A stretch of 64,000 nucleotides of DNA. It comes from an uncultured SAR86 cluster bacterium. Its GTDB lineage: Bacteria > Pseudomonadota > Gammaproteobacteria > Magnimaribacterales > D2472. The notes under the pieces are model-generated. The model was not told the DNA's origin. It saw only the letters and a program-made list of their open reading frames with translations, and searched no databases. Location of the stretch: positions 6,698-70,697 of the forward strand of contig CACBQK010000003.1 of assembly GCA_902541365.1 (NCBI GenBank), in the 5' to 3' direction. The position numbers and the translations under genes were made by a program. Of this stretch, positions 26,289 to 36,868 are shown one piece after another (positions within the stretch are counted from its first letter, which is position 1; the number at the start of each line of letters is the position of its first letter).

Positions 26289-26720
26289 TTGCGTAATAAA
26301 AAATCACTATTCTCATTATACGCAATCTTGATATGTATGTTTTCGAATAATATTTTAGCTTCAAATAAAATAGTCCTTGGTAATGAGATCCTAGATCCCG
26401 AAGATGCTTTTAAAATGACAATCACTAAAATTGATGATTCTCTTTTAATGAACTGGAAAATAGAAAAGACTTATTATTTATATCAAAATTCAATAAAAGT
26501 TACTCATAAAAACCAGCCGGTTGAATTTGAGCTAATTGGTGATCCAATTGCGCATAAAGATGAATTCTTGGGAGAAACTGAAATATTTAGGGACAAACTT
26601 GCTTTAAAGATATCAGACCAAACAGAACTAAATTTGAAGAATTATGAGGTAATCTTTCAAGGATGTGCTGAAAAAAGGTTCTGTTATACACCAATAAAAG
26701 TCAAGTTATCATCTTTGTAA
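26289..26720 (+). CDS. Stand-alone DsbD N-terminal domain protein
   Basis: LDPEDAF, WKIEKTYYLY, DEFLGETEIF, QGCAEKRFCY; the TTG at 26289 gives a signal peptide (track start 26271). Confidence 0.85.
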   Translation: MRNKKSLFSLYAILICMFSNNILASNKIVLGNEILDPEDAFKMTITKIDDSLLMNWKIEKTYYLYQNSIKVTHKNQPVEFELIGDPIAHKDEFLGETEIFRDKLALKISDQTELNLKNYEVIFQGCAEKRFCYTPIKVKLSSL

Positions 26721-26770
26721 GTCCTGCAATAATCTTTTAATTTCCACGAAAAAGCATATAAAATCGACTG

Positions 26771-27202
26771 ATGGAAATCCTTTTAATAAATGGACCTAAC
26801 TTAAATCTTCTAGGAAATAGAGAAAACTCTATTTATGGGAACGATACTTTGGAAGATATTGAGACAAATCTCTCAGTAATTTGCAAAGAGAATGGTATTT
26901 CTTTTGCTTCCTTTCAAAGTAATGCAGAACACGAAATTGTTGAAAAAATTCATGCGGCTAAGGAAGATAATGTTTCAAAGATTCTAATGAATCCAGGCGC
27001 ATTTACACATACAAGTATTTCAATACGAGATGCTCTTATTGGTGTGGGTATTCCGTTTTATGAAATCCATATTTCAAATATATTTGCTAGAGAAGAATTT
27101 AGACATAAATCATATTTTTCTGATATTGCGGAGGGTGTTGTATGTGGAATGGGAACTAAGGGCTATGAATTTGCCCTAGAAAAAGCAATTAATTCTAATT
27201 AA
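26771..27202 (+). CDS. aroQ: Type II 3-dehydroquinate dehydratase
   Basis: NGPNLNLLGNRE, QSNAE, NPGAFTHTS, EIHISN, REEFRHKS. Confidence 0.97.
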   Translation: MEILLINGPNLNLLGNRENSIYGNDTLEDIETNLSVICKENGISFASFQSNAEHEIVEKIHAAKEDNVSKILMNPGAFTHTSISIRDALIGVGIPFYEIHISNIFAREEFRHKSYFSDIAEGVVCGMGTKGYEFALEKAINSN

Positions 27203-27207
27203 ATTTT

Positions 27208-27645
27208 ATGAGTATGGATATAAGAAAAATTAAAAAGTTAATCGAAATGCTTCAGGAATCAGACCTTACAGAAATTGAAGTTACTGAGGGTGAGGAGGCT
27301 GTAAGGATTTCTAGAAAATCCTCTAATGATATTGTGGTCGAGAAGCCAACTTCAGACAGAAAAGTTGAGACTATTACTAATACTGAAACCAAAGAAACCT
27401 CAACATCTGGCTCAAAAACTATTACATCACCAATTGTTGGGACTTTCTATAGAAGACCAGCACCAGATAAAGATCCGTATGTAAAAGTAGGAGATGTAAT
27501 TGATGCTGGACAAATCGTTTGCATTGTTGAGGCTATGAAAATGATGAATGAAATTAAATCTGAATTTAGCGGGAAAATTGTTTCCATTGAAGTTGAAGAC
27601 GGTGAACCGGTTCAATTTTCTCAAGATTTAATCACCCTTGAATAA
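27208..27645 (+). CDS. accB: Acetyl-CoA carboxylase biotin carboxyl carrier protein
   Basis: MDIRKIKKLIE, SPIVGTFY, EAMKM biotinylation motif. Confidence 0.97.
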   Translation: MSMDIRKIKKLIEMLQESDLTEIEVTEGEEAVRISRKSSNDIVVEKPTSDRKVETITNTETKETSTSGSKTITSPIVGTFYRRPAPDKDPYVKVGDVIDAGQIVCIVEAMKMMNEIKSEFSGKIVSIEVEDGEPVQFSQDLITLE

Positions 27646-28992
27646 ATGTCAAAAAAAGTTCTAATTGCCAATAGAGGAGAAATCTCTTTACGTGCCATAA
27701 GGGCATGCAAAGAACTTGGCTTAAAAACCGTATGTATTTATTCTGAAGGTGATAAAGAACTAAAAAGTTTGAAATTTTCAGATGAGTCAGTTTGTGTTGG
27801 TCCTGCTGATCCTACTAAAAGCTATCTAGATGCACCTACTATTTTATCTGCAGCAGACGTTACAGGATCAGATGCAATTTATCCTGGGTATGGATTTCTA
27901 GCTGAGGATCACTCTTTTGCTGAGCAATGCAATCTCAGTGGATTTAAATTCATTGGCCCAAGCTCAAAAACTATAAGACAAATGGGAGACAAAATAACTG
28001 CAAAATCTATCGTTACCAAATATGGTATTGATGGAGTACCTGGTTATGACAACGAGCTACCTAATAATGAGGAAGAAATTCAAAAAATAGCTGATGAAAT
28101 AGGATATCCACTTATTGTAAAAGCAACAGCTGGCGGTGGTGGAAGAGGAATGAAAATTGTAAGGAGCTCAAAGGAGCTTATTAATTCAGTACAAATCGCA
28201 AAGCAAGAAGCGCTTAATGGATTTGGTAGTGATGTCGTTTATTTTGAGAAATTTATTGAAAATCCTAGGCATATTGAGGTGCAAGTGGTTGGAGATGGAA
28301 AAGGAAATGCTATTCATTTAGGTACCAGAGATTGTTCAATTCAAAGAAGGCATCAAAAATTAATCGAGGAGGCTCCCGCAAGAGATATAAACAAAAAGAA
28401 GCTTGATGAAGTTTTAAAAAACTGTGTAAATCTTTGTAAGGACCTAAATTATGAGGGTGTTGGTACCCTAGAATTTCTCTATGAAAAAGAATGTTTTTAC
28501 TTCCTTGAAATGAATACTCGGATTCAAGTAGAGCATCCTGTGACAGAAATGATCACTGGATTTGATTTAGTAAAGGCTCAGCTTAGAATAGCATTAGGCT
28601 TGCCAATGACTTTAAATCAAAGTGACATAAATTTCAGAGGGCATGCAATTGAGTGCAGAATTAATGCAGAAGACTCTGTTAATTTCATTCCAAATCCTGG
28701 AAAGATAACTAGGATGCACATACCTGGTGGATTTGGTATTCGTTATGACTCACATATTTATAATGGCTATGAAGTTCCACCCTACTATGACTCAATGTTG
28801 GCAAAAATAATTTCTCTTGCCGGCTCAAGAAAATCAGCTATTAAAAGAATGTTAAGTGCTCTTGATGAGTTTTTTATTGAGGGTATACAAACAACTCATC
28901 AATTTCATCAAAAAATGCTTAAAGATGAGAAATTCATTAAAAATCAACATACAATCAATTATCTTGAAAATGAGTTTCTAAAAAATGCTTGA
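27646..28992 (+). CDS. accC: Biotin carboxylase
   Basis: [40 protein letters not shown]. Confidence 0.98.
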   Translation: MSKKVLIANRGEISLRAIRACKELGLKTVCIYSEGDKELKSLKFSDESVCVGPADPTKSYLDAPTILSAADVTGSDAIYPGYGFLAEDHSFAEQCNLSGFKFIGPSSKTIRQMGDKITAKSIVTKYGIDGVPGYDNELPNNEEEIQKIADEIGYPLIVKATAGGGGRGMKIVRSSKELINSVQIAKQEALNGFGSDVVYFEKFIENPRHIEVQVVGDGKGNAIHLGTRDCSIQRRHQKLIEEAPARDINKKKLDEVLKNCVNLCKDLNYEGVGTLEFLYEKECFYFLEMNTRIQVEHPVTEMITGFDLVKAQLRIALGLPMTLNQSDINFRGHAIECRINAEDSVNFIPNPGKITRMHIPGGFGIRYDSHIYNGYEVPPYYDSMLAKIISLAGSRKSAIKRMLSALDEFFIEGIQTTHQFHQKMLKDEKFIKNQHTINYLENEFLKNA

Positions 28993-31384
28993 AGAACAAT
29001 ATAATCCAGAAAAGATTGAATCAAGTATTCAGTCTGAATGGGAAAAGAGCAATAAATATAAGGCTACCCCAGATGATAGAGAGAAGTATTATTGCTTGTC
29101 TATGTTCCCTTATCCCTCTGGAAAACTTCACATGGGGCATGTGAGGAATTATACGATTGGCGACGTTATTTCTAGATATAAAAGAATGAGAGGATTCAAT
29201 GTCTTTCAGCCTATGGGCTGGGATGCCTTTGGACTCCCTGCTGAAAATGCAGCTATTCAAAATAAAGTTGATCCACAAAGTTGGACTGAGCAAAACATAG
29301 AGAATATGAAGTTACAACTCAAAAGACTTGGGTTTAGCTATGACTGGTCGAAGGAGCTTAAAACCTGTGATCCAAACTATTATAAGTGGGAGCAAGAAAT
29401 TTTTAGTCTTCTTCATAAGCAAGGTCTAGTTTATAGAAAGAAATCTCTAGTTAATTGGGATCCAGTTGATGAAACAGTACTTGCGAATGAACAAGTAATA
29501 GATGGAAAAGGATGGAGATCAGGAGCTACTGTAGAGTTAAAAGAAATTGACCAATGGTTTTTAAAGATTACAGACTATGCTGATGAGCTTCTTACTTCTA
29601 TAGAAAATCTTGATTGGCCAGAAAATGTAAAATCAATGCAAAAAAACTGGATTGGTAAATCTTTTGGATCAGAGATAAGTTTTCCTCTTCCAAATGGAGA
29701 GGAGCTAACTGCTTTTACAACAAGAATTGATACTATTTATGGGGTTACATACCTTGCGATATCACCAAATCATCCAATTTCACAGAATTTAGCGAATCAA
29801 GATCCTCAGGTGGATGACTTTATTAAAAAATGCAATGAAACAAAGATGGCTGAAGCAGATATGGCTAAGGCTGATAAGTTGGGCTTAAAAACGAATTTAA
29901 AAGTTAAACATCCTTTTACAGGAATTGATCTTGGTGTCTGGATTGCCAATTATGTCCTAATGGATTATGGAACAGGAGTAGTAATGGGGGTTCCAGCTCA
30001 TGACGAAAGGGATCATGAGTTTGCTCTCAAATATAATATAGATATCAAGCAAGTCATAAAAGCTGATGAAGTGCCCTCCTCTGAAAAAGGTGAGCTCATA
30101 AACTCTGAGAAATTTAACGGTCTGACTTCAAAAAATGCAATCCAAGATATTAATAGCTTCCTTGAAAAAGAAAAAATAGGTAAAGGCATTGAGAATTTTC
30201 GATTACGTGACTGGGGCGTCAGCAGACAAAGATTTTGGGGATGTCCTATACCAGTAGTCTATAAAAATGATGAGCCTATTTTTTTAGAGAAAACAGATCT
30301 GCCCGTTGAGTTACCAAAAATAAAAGATGGAGAGTCCCCAAAACCACTCAGTCAAAATAAAGATTTTTTTGATATTGGTCCCAATGAATCAAGAGAAGTT
30401 GATACATTTGATACTTTTGTAGACTCATCCTGGTATTACGCAAGATTTACAGCAGCAGATAATAATAACAAAGCTTTAGATGAAAATTCAGCATACTGGC
30501 TTCCAGTTGATCTTTACATTGGCGGTATTGAACATGCTATCTTGCATCTTCTTTATTCAAGGTTTTTTCATAAAGCTATGAGAGATATTGGCTTAATAGA
30601 GGGTGATGAGCCCTTTAAAAAATTACTTACTCAAGGAATGGTTCTTAAAGATGGGTCTAAGATGTCAAAGTCAAAAGGCAACACGGTTGACCCACAACAA
30701 TATATTGATAAGTATGGTGCAGACACGATACGTCTTTACATGATGTTTACTGCCCCTCCTGAACAAAGTTTAGAGTGGTCTGAAACTGCTGTAGAAGGAG
30801 CTTTTAGATTCTTAAAAAAACTTTGGAGCTTTACCCATGATAAAAAGTTTAAAAAAGTAAAGATGCAAGGTGAGTTAGATAATAGTCAGAAAGACTTTAG
30901 AAGAAAAATTCACTTAACTATTAAAAAAGTTACTGATGACTATGAAAATAGATATGCTTTTAATACAGTAATTGCAGCTTGTATGGAGCTGTTAAATTCA
31001 ACGCCAGATCAGATCAAAGGTGAAATATCATCTGAAAATGATCAATTCTGCCTTAATGAGTTCATTGCATCAATCCTGCAAATGCTTTATCCGATAGCGC
31101 CGCATATATGTGAAACTCTATGGAATAACTTTTTTGAGAATAGCTCAGAAATTGAGAACAACTGGCCGACTTTTGATGAAGATCTAATGGTCACTGATAC
31201 ATTTGAGTTAGTTGTCCAGATTAATGGAAAAGTCAGAGGAAAAATAGAAATATCATCAAACTTAGAACAAGACGAAATCGAAAGTGTTGCTAAGTCTATT
31301 AAAAATGTGGATGATTTACTTGGTGATAAGGAAATCAAGAAATGTATCTATGTAAAAGAAAAGCTAATAAATTTCGTAATCTAG
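28985..31384 (+). CDS. leuS: Leucine--tRNA ligase
   Basis: [37 protein letters not shown]. Confidence 0.98.
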   Translation: MLEEQYNPEKIESSIQSEWEKSNKYKATPDDREKYYCLSMFPYPSGKLHMGHVRNYTIGDVISRYKRMRGFNVFQPMGWDAFGLPAENAAIQNKVDPQSWTEQNIENMKLQLKRLGFSYDWSKELKTCDPNYYKWEQEIFSLLHKQGLVYRKKSLVNWDPVDETVLANEQVIDGKGWRSGATVELKEIDQWFLKITDYADELLTSIENLDWPENVKSMQKNWIGKSFGSEISFPLPNGEELTAFTTRIDTIYGVTYLAISPNHPISQNLANQDPQVDDFIKKCNETKMAEADMAKADKLGLKTNLKVKHPFTGIDLGVWIANYVLMDYGTGVVMGVPAHDERDHEFALKYNIDIKQVIKADEVPSSEKGELINSEKFNGLTSKNAIQDINSFLEKEKIGKGIENFRLRDWGVSRQRFWGCPIPVVYKNDEPIFLEKTDLPVELPKIKDGESPKPLSQNKDFFDIGPNESREVDTFDTFVDSSWYYARFTAADNNNKALDENSAYWLPVDLYIGGIEHAILHLLYSRFFHKAMRDIGLIEGDEPFKKLLTQGMVLKDGSKMSKSKGNTVDPQQYIDKYGADTIRLYMMFTAPPEQSLEWSETAVEGAFRFLKKLWSFTHDKKFKKVKMQGELDNSQKDFRRKIHLTIKKVTDDYENRYAFNTVIAACMELLNSTPDQIKGEISSENDQFCLNEFIASILQMLYPIAPHICETLWNNFFENSSEIENNWPTFDEDLMVTDTFELVVQINGKVRGKIEISSNLEQDEIESVAKSIKNVDDLLGDKEIKKCIYVKEKLINFVI

Positions 31385-31821
31385 CAACTCTAATTTTCCT
31401 CAATATAGCTATTCTTGGCTGCTCATTTAGTCCAGTTAATTCTGACTCTGAAATTATTGTAAATAAAATAAAGTTTGATCTATCTGTACCTATAAAGATA
31501 AAAAATAATCTAAGTATTTTTGTTAAAGAAAATGAGGTTTCGTCAACAGAAGTAAATATTATAGAGTTCGAATTCAAAGAAAATAATTTTTATGGTGGTG
31601 AAAATCTAGGTTCCCTTGAAAGTGAGGTTGTTGGAAGTATTCATGTATACATCCTTAATGACGAAGAGCATTCTAAAAAGATTAGTTCTTCAAGAAGATT
31701 TAATACTCAAAGCCTTAATCCTTTGGCACAAAAAGAATTAGTAAAATTAATGCGTGTTGAAATTATTGACGAGTTAAATAAAAAAATAGTCCTTTATTTA
31801 AAGACCCATGAAAATAAGTAG
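31342..31821 (+). CDS. lptE: Lipoprotein, probable diverged LPS assembly factor LptE
   Basis: Lipobox ILGC; conserved position between leuS and holA; little sequence signal otherwise. Confidence 0.6.
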   Translation: MYLCKRKANKFRNLATLIFLNIAILGCSFSPVNSDSEIIVNKIKFDLSVPIKIKNNLSIFVKENEVSSTEVNIIEFEFKENNFYGGENLGSLESEVVGSIHVYILNDEEHSKKISSSRRFNTQSLNPLAQKELVKLMRVEIIDELNKKIVLYLKTHENK

Positions 31822-32788
31822 TCTCAACTTCAAAAATAATCTAAGAGGAAGCGCTGTGCTTAGTCTCATTCACGGAAAAGAAATGATACTAAAGAATGAG
31901 GTAAAGGACTTTCTAACAAAAGATTTTGCTGACCAAGGCTATGATGAAACAATAATCTTTGAGGCCAATGAATCAGATGGTCTTTTATCAGCAATTCAAA
32001 ATAATCTTGGAGGTGATTTATTTGGGTCACAGATAATAATTAAGGTAGTTCATAGTGATGGAAGGTTTCCAAAGTCTCTTTCCGAAATATTAGAAAAGAT
32101 TGATTTTTATAATATGAATAATATTAAGATTGTTATTGATAGTGTTTCTGAATCTATAAGCCCAAACACAAAATGGATCAAAGATAATAAAGAATTTATA
32201 CAAATCTTTGAATGCACAAAATTAAAACCACTTGATGAAAAGAAATGGTTAAGAGAAAAGCTAAGCTTTCTTGATAAAAACGATGCAGATAGGGTTGCAA
32301 AGTATTTATTTGAGTTGAACTCTAGTAACTTAGTTGCACATAGAAATGATATTGAAACCCTTAAAATATTGCATTCATCTGAAAAAGATTCAGTTTCACT
32401 TGAAAACTCCATAAGTAGCTCAATCCATGCTCCTTATGAGCTCGAAGATTGTCTATTGAATTTAAATGAAAAGAAATCAATAAAAATCCTCAGGCAAATT
32501 AAACAAAATGATCCAAACTCTCTAGCCTTAGTGATATGGGTTTTAGACAAGTTGATAAGTACATCTCTTATGGCAAAGAAAAGTGCTTCGCCAAAAAGAT
32601 ATCTTGAAAATACAAAAATGTGGAACTCAAAGATTAGTCTTTACTTATCTTTTATTAAAAAAATGGAATCTAATCTATTAAATCTAAGTAAAGATATTTT
32701 TGAGATTGAGAAAACTTTTAAGGGTATCAAAAGACTTGATGCATGGAAGGAAGTTGAGAGACTAATAATTAGAATTTGTACTAGCTAA
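31808..32788 (+). CDS. holA: DNA polymerase III delta subunit (diverged)
   Basis: Size, LIHGKE and DLFG motifs, leuS-lptE-holA synteny. Confidence 0.75.
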   Translation: MKISSLNFKNNLRGSAVLSLIHGKEMILKNEVKDFLTKDFADQGYDETIIFEANESDGLLSAIQNNLGGDLFGSQIIIKVVHSDGRFPKSLSEILEKIDFYNMNNIKIVIDSVSESISPNTKWIKDNKEFIQIFECTKLKPLDEKKWLREKLSFLDKNDADRVAKYLFELNSSNLVAHRNDIETLKILHSSEKDSVSLENSISSSIHAPYELEDCLLNLNEKKSIKILRQIKQNDPNSLALVIWVLDKLISTSLMAKKSASPKRYLENTKMWNSKISLYLSFIKKMESNLLNLSKDIFEIEKTFKGIKRLDAWKEVERLIIRICTS

Positions 32789-33608
32789 AATACCTTTTTA
32801 CAAATGCATTTTTACAAATCCCAAGTAATTCACACTCAGGATTAATTTTAGTTTCAAGATTTACTATTTCCTCAACACCTACAATTCCCTTTGTGGTGCT
32901 GGTAAACCAAATTGATGAGGCCTCCTTTAAATCATCTATGCCATAAGATCCTTCCTCAAAATTTAGCTTCTGATCTTTAATTATTTTGATTACCTGATTT
33001 CGCGTTATGCCTGGCAAAATGTTTGGAGATAGTTTCGGTGTAAAAATAGTTTTATTTTTAACGAAAAATATGTTGCTTGCACCACCCTCAGTTAGCTCAC
33101 CATTTTTATGCATTAATATTTCATTACAACCAATACTTTTGGCATCATTCATTTGAAGCACATTACCAAGCAATGAAGTTGATTTAATATCACATCTCTG
33201 CCAACGGATATCATCAACCAACATGACCTTTAAGGGTGATTGATTAAAAAAAGAAAATTCTTCAATAAAACCAAACCTTTCACAATCACTCTCCTCGGCG
33301 AAGTGAGATCTTATAGAATCAACTCCTCTTGAAACTTGGTAATAAATATATCCATCTTCAAATTTAGATTCATTTAAAAGTTTTACTATATCAGTTTTGC
33401 AGTCCTCAATAGAACAAGATATTTTGGTTTCATTGAGGCTGTATTTGAGACGATCAAGATGTGTTTCAAAATCAATAAACTTATTCTTATAAAAAGAAAT
33501 AACTTCGTAAACGCTATCTGAAAAAAGAAATGCTCTCGACATCGGAGAGACTTTAATATTTTCTATTGAGTCAACTTTACCGTTGTAAGATGCTAATTTA
33601 GGCATCAC
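32781..33608 (-). CDS. Class IV aminotransferase, D-amino acid aminotransferase-like
   Basis: RAFLFSDSVYEVI, YYQVSRG, RCDIKSTSLL, EGGASN, ILPGITR. Confidence 0.88.
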   Translation of the reverse strand: MMPKLASYNGKVDSIENIKVSPMSRAFLFSDSVYEVISFYKNKFIDFETHLDRLKYSLNETKISCSIEDCKTDIVKLLNESKFEDGYIYYQVSRGVDSIRSHFAEESDCERFGFIEEFSFFNQSPLKVMLVDDIRWQRCDIKSTSLLGNVLQMNDAKSIGCNEILMHKNGELTEGGASNIFFVKNKTIFTPKLSPNILPGITRNQVIKIIKDQKLNFEEGSYGIDDLKEASSIWFTSTTKGIVGVEEIVNLETKINPECELLGICKNAFVKRYFS

Positions 33609-34749
33609 CTAGGCCAAATAAACCTCTTAACCACAATACTAAGCTTGCCCACAGTCTGCCAAAAAATCCTTTTGCTTGAACATCATTTAAAGCAACCAAA
33701 TTTTCAGTATGTAAAGTTTTTTCTCCATCTTTAATTACCAATGTCCCAAGAGTTTGTCCTTCTTTAATTGGAGCTCTTAAATTGTTCTGAAAGTCATAGC
33801 TAATTGTGATGTTTTTAAAAGTAGTTCTAGGAAGAGTTAGCTTAATATTATTTTCTGCACCCAGCGAAACCATATTCTTTTTACCACCCCATACATCAAC
33901 ATCTTTGAGAGCATTATCTTTTTTAATTACTTCTTGGGTTGAATAAAATCTAAACCCATATTCAAGCAGTCTTTGGGTATCATTAAAGCGCTCTTTATCA
34001 GATTTAGCTCCTGCCACAACAGCTATTAGCCTCATGTCATTTCTCTTTGCAGAGCTTATTAGGCAATATCCAGCAGATTCTGTATGCCCTGTCTTTACCC
34101 CATCAGAGGAATTGTCTTTCCAAAGAAGTCTGTTTCTATTTGGTTGCCTTATGTTGTTGAAGGTGTAATATTTTTCTTTATATAAACTATATGTTTCTGG
34201 AAAATTATTTATTAACAAACTTGTCATTGTTGCTAAATCCTTAGCACTAGAAAAATGATTTTCATCCGGTAGTCCAGTTGAATTTTGAAATAAAGTATTT
34301 GATAAGCCCATTGATGCAGCATATGAATTCATCAAATCTACAAATCCATCCTCAGTGCCTCCAACATATTCAGCTAATGCCACTGTCGCATCATTGCCTG
34401 ACTGAATAATAATTCCTTTGAGTAGGTCAAGAACACTTACTCTTTTACCCTGCTCAATAAACATTTTTGAGCCTTCCATTCTCCATGCTTTTTCACTAAC
34501 AAGCACACTGTCATTCAAGCTTAAAAAGTCATTTGCAATTTGATCTGCTACGACATAGCTGGACATTACTTTAGTCATGCTTGCTGGCTCGATTGGAGCA
34601 TCTTCATTAAAGCTCGCGATAACTGTATTTGTATTAGGCTCAATTAAAATATAGCTTTTTAGGTCAAGAGTTGGAGTATTTGGAATGAAAGACTGGGCGA
34701 AAGACTCAATAGAAATCAAACTAAATAATAAGAACAATAATTTTTTCAT
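33598..34749 (-). CDS. dacA: D-Ala-D-Ala carboxypeptidase (PBP5/6)
   Basis: PASMTK, SGNDA, KTGHT. Confidence 0.93.
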   Translation of the reverse strand: MKKLLFLLFSLISIESFAQSFIPNTPTLDLKSYILIEPNTNTVIASFNEDAPIEPASMTKVMSSYVVADQIANDFLSLNDSVLVSEKAWRMEGSKMFIEQGKRVSVLDLLKGIIIQSGNDATVALAEYVGGTEDGFVDLMNSYAASMGLSNTLFQNSTGLPDENHFSSAKDLATMTSLLINNFPETYSLYKEKYYTFNNIRQPNRNRLLWKDNSSDGVKTGHTESAGYCLISSAKRNDMRLIAVVAGAKSDKERFNDTQRLLEYGFRFYSTQEVIKKDNALKDVDVWGGKKNMVSLGAENNIKLTLPRTTFKNITISYDFQNNLRAPIKEGQTLGTLVIKDGEKTLHTENLVALNDVQAKGFFGRLWASLVLWLRGLFGLGDA

Positions 34750-35774
34750 AACCCTAACTCCCTTGCTAGATTGTAAACCACCATTGCATAAAAGTGACTG
34801 TAATTATATTTTGTAATTGCGACAAAATTTTCTGTACCGATAAAATATGTATTACTTTTTTTATTAATTTTAATCTTATTTCCTACCATTAATACATCTT
34901 TATCTTTTATGTCATTCAATTTCATCAACTCTGAAAGTCTAACATCGTTATCTAAAGCTATTTGAGATAAGGTATCTCCATTTTGAATCTCATAGAAAAT
35001 ATCCTTTCCTTGTTCTAGTTTTACTGGAATAAACTTACCATCAAGATTATAGGGCTTTCTGACATTGTTATGATCTATTTTTAGAACTATGTCAGCCTCT
35101 GCATTCCATCCATGGATGTTCAAATAATTTGCAATGCTTCCGATAGCATCTTCTTTAGAACCAAAAAGGTCTGCATAACCATCTCCATCATAATCAATAG
35201 CATATGCCAAGTATGAGGATGAAATAAATTGCCCATATCCCATAGCTCCAGCATAAGAACCTTTCACACTATAAATATCAAGATTATTTTCTCTAGTAAG
35301 TATGAAAAATTTAATTAGCTCATTCCTAAAGAATTCTGCTCTTCTAGGATAATCAAAACCGAGTGTTGTGAGAGAATCTAATACTCTATCCTTGCCTTGA
35401 ATATTCCCATATCTTGTTTCAACACCCAAGATTGCAGTAATAATTTCTTTTGGAACTCCAAACTCTTCCTCAGCTTTTTTAAGAATTTGCAGGTTATCCT
35501 CAATAAATTTTTTACCATTTTTTATTCTTTTTTTCTCAATAAATATCTTTCTATATGCATCCCATGTAATTGTGAATTCAGCCGGAGTTGAAATCCTATC
35601 TATAATCGTTTGCTGCTTTTTAGCATTTTTTAAAACATCCAAGACTTCCTTTTCATCAAAACCATGAGAGTTGACTAATTCATTAACAACAAAATCTGCT
35701 CTTGGATGAACTGAGTAATCGGATTGAATAAAATTAAATTGAATTAATAATGTAACAAATAAAAGTTTTTTCAC
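34746..35774 (-). CDS. mltB: Lytic transglycosylase B with an internal LysM domain
   Basis: GVETRYG catalytic Glu, GSYAGAMGYGQF, DYDGDG EF-hand, terminal NFVAITKYNYS; LysM at residues about 259-303. Confidence 0.92.
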   Translation of the reverse strand: MKKLLFVTLLIQFNFIQSDYSVHPRADFVVNELVNSHGFDEKEVLDVLKNAKKQQTIIDRISTPAEFTITWDAYRKIFIEKKRIKNGKKFIEDNLQILKKAEEEFGVPKEIITAILGVETRYGNIQGKDRVLDSLTTLGFDYPRRAEFFRNELIKFFILTRENNLDIYSVKGSYAGAMGYGQFISSSYLAYAIDYDGDGYADLFGSKEDAIGSIANYLNIHGWNAEADIVLKIDHNNVRKPYNLDGKFIPVKLEQGKDIFYEIQNGDTLSQIALDNDVRLSELMKLNDIKDKDVLMVGNKIKINKKSNTYFIGTENFVAITKYNYSHFYAMVVYNLARELGL

Positions 35775-36868
35775 CTGGGTACCAATTTTTTATGAGATGC
35801 CATAGATATTATTATGCCAAATGCTATATAAAAAGAAATTAAAGATGAACCTCCTTGGCTAATTAGTGGCAAAGGCATCCCAACAACAGGTAAAAGTCCA
35901 ATAACCATTCCAATATTAATGAATAGTGTTGATATAAAAACTAGAGATAGTCCTCCAATAACAAGTCTGCAGAATCTATCTCTTGCATTTATTGATAAAT
36001 AGAAGCACCTAACAAAAATAAAAAAATATAGACCTATTAATATTGTTAATCCAACCAAGCCAAATTCTTCAGCAATAACTGCAAATATAAAATCTGTCTC
36101 TGTTTCAGGAAGAAAATTCAGGTGAGATTGAGTGCCTTCCCCAAAGCCTTTCCCAAAAATACCTCCTGATCCGATGGCAATTTTTGATTGTGTGATATTC
36201 CATGCAGATCCAAAAGGATCAAGATCTGGATTAAACAATGTCGCAATTCTTTGTCTTTGGAAAGGTTCTAAAAAGTTATTCCATAAAAACGGAAGTGAAA
36301 TGACAAAAATGGCAAGTGCAGAACCAATGAATGTCCAGCTAAGGCCAGCTAAAAATAATACATACAATCCAGAAAGAAGTATTACGATTGCAGTACCTAA
36401 ATCAGGCTGGGAAGAGACAATAAGAAAAACTATAAAAATTAAAAAAATTGTTAATAATGTGTTCTTTAAGTTAATGGGTAACTTAACTCCATATAGATAG
36501 GATGCAATAAATATTGGTAGAAAGATCTTACATAATTCTGAAGGTTGAAGTGTCACAAAACCAAAGCTTATCCATCTATTTGCACCATTAATCTCTGGTC
36601 CAAAAAAGATTGCAATAAATACTAAGATAATGCTGATAAGCAGAAAAAATCCTGAATATGAATAATAAATTTGAGGATCTGGTTGGCTAAGTACGATCAT
36701 TAAGATTATGCCAAAAAAAACAAAGATTGATTGTTTAATTAAAACAGATGCATTCCCATCTGATGCGCTATAAAGAAAGAAAAGTCCTAGTATAGATAGC
36801 AGAGTAATAGAAATTATTAGATAAGGATCATAATAAATGGAAAATTTTTTAAAGTCTAAATATCTCAT
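35771..36868 (-). CDS. rodA: SEDS peptidoglycan glycosyltransferase RodA
   Basis: GANRW, QPSE, QPDLGT, QSKIAIGSGG, FLPETETDFIF. Confidence 0.96.
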   Translation of the reverse strand: MRYLDFKKFSIYYDPYLIISITLLSILGLFFLYSASDGNASVLIKQSIFVFFGIILMIVLSQPDPQIYYSYSGFFLLISIILVFIAIFFGPEINGANRWISFGFVTLQPSELCKIFLPIFIASYLYGVKLPINLKNTLLTIFLIFIVFLIVSSQPDLGTAIVILLSGLYVLFLAGLSWTFIGSALAIFVISLPFLWNNFLEPFQRQRIATLFNPDLDPFGSAWNITQSKIAIGSGGIFGKGFGEGTQSHLNFLPETETDFIFAVIAEEFGLVGLTILIGLYFFIFVRCFYLSINARDRFCRLVIGGLSLVFISTLFINIGMVIGLLPVVGMPLPLISQGGSSLISFYIAFGIIISMASHKKLVPR

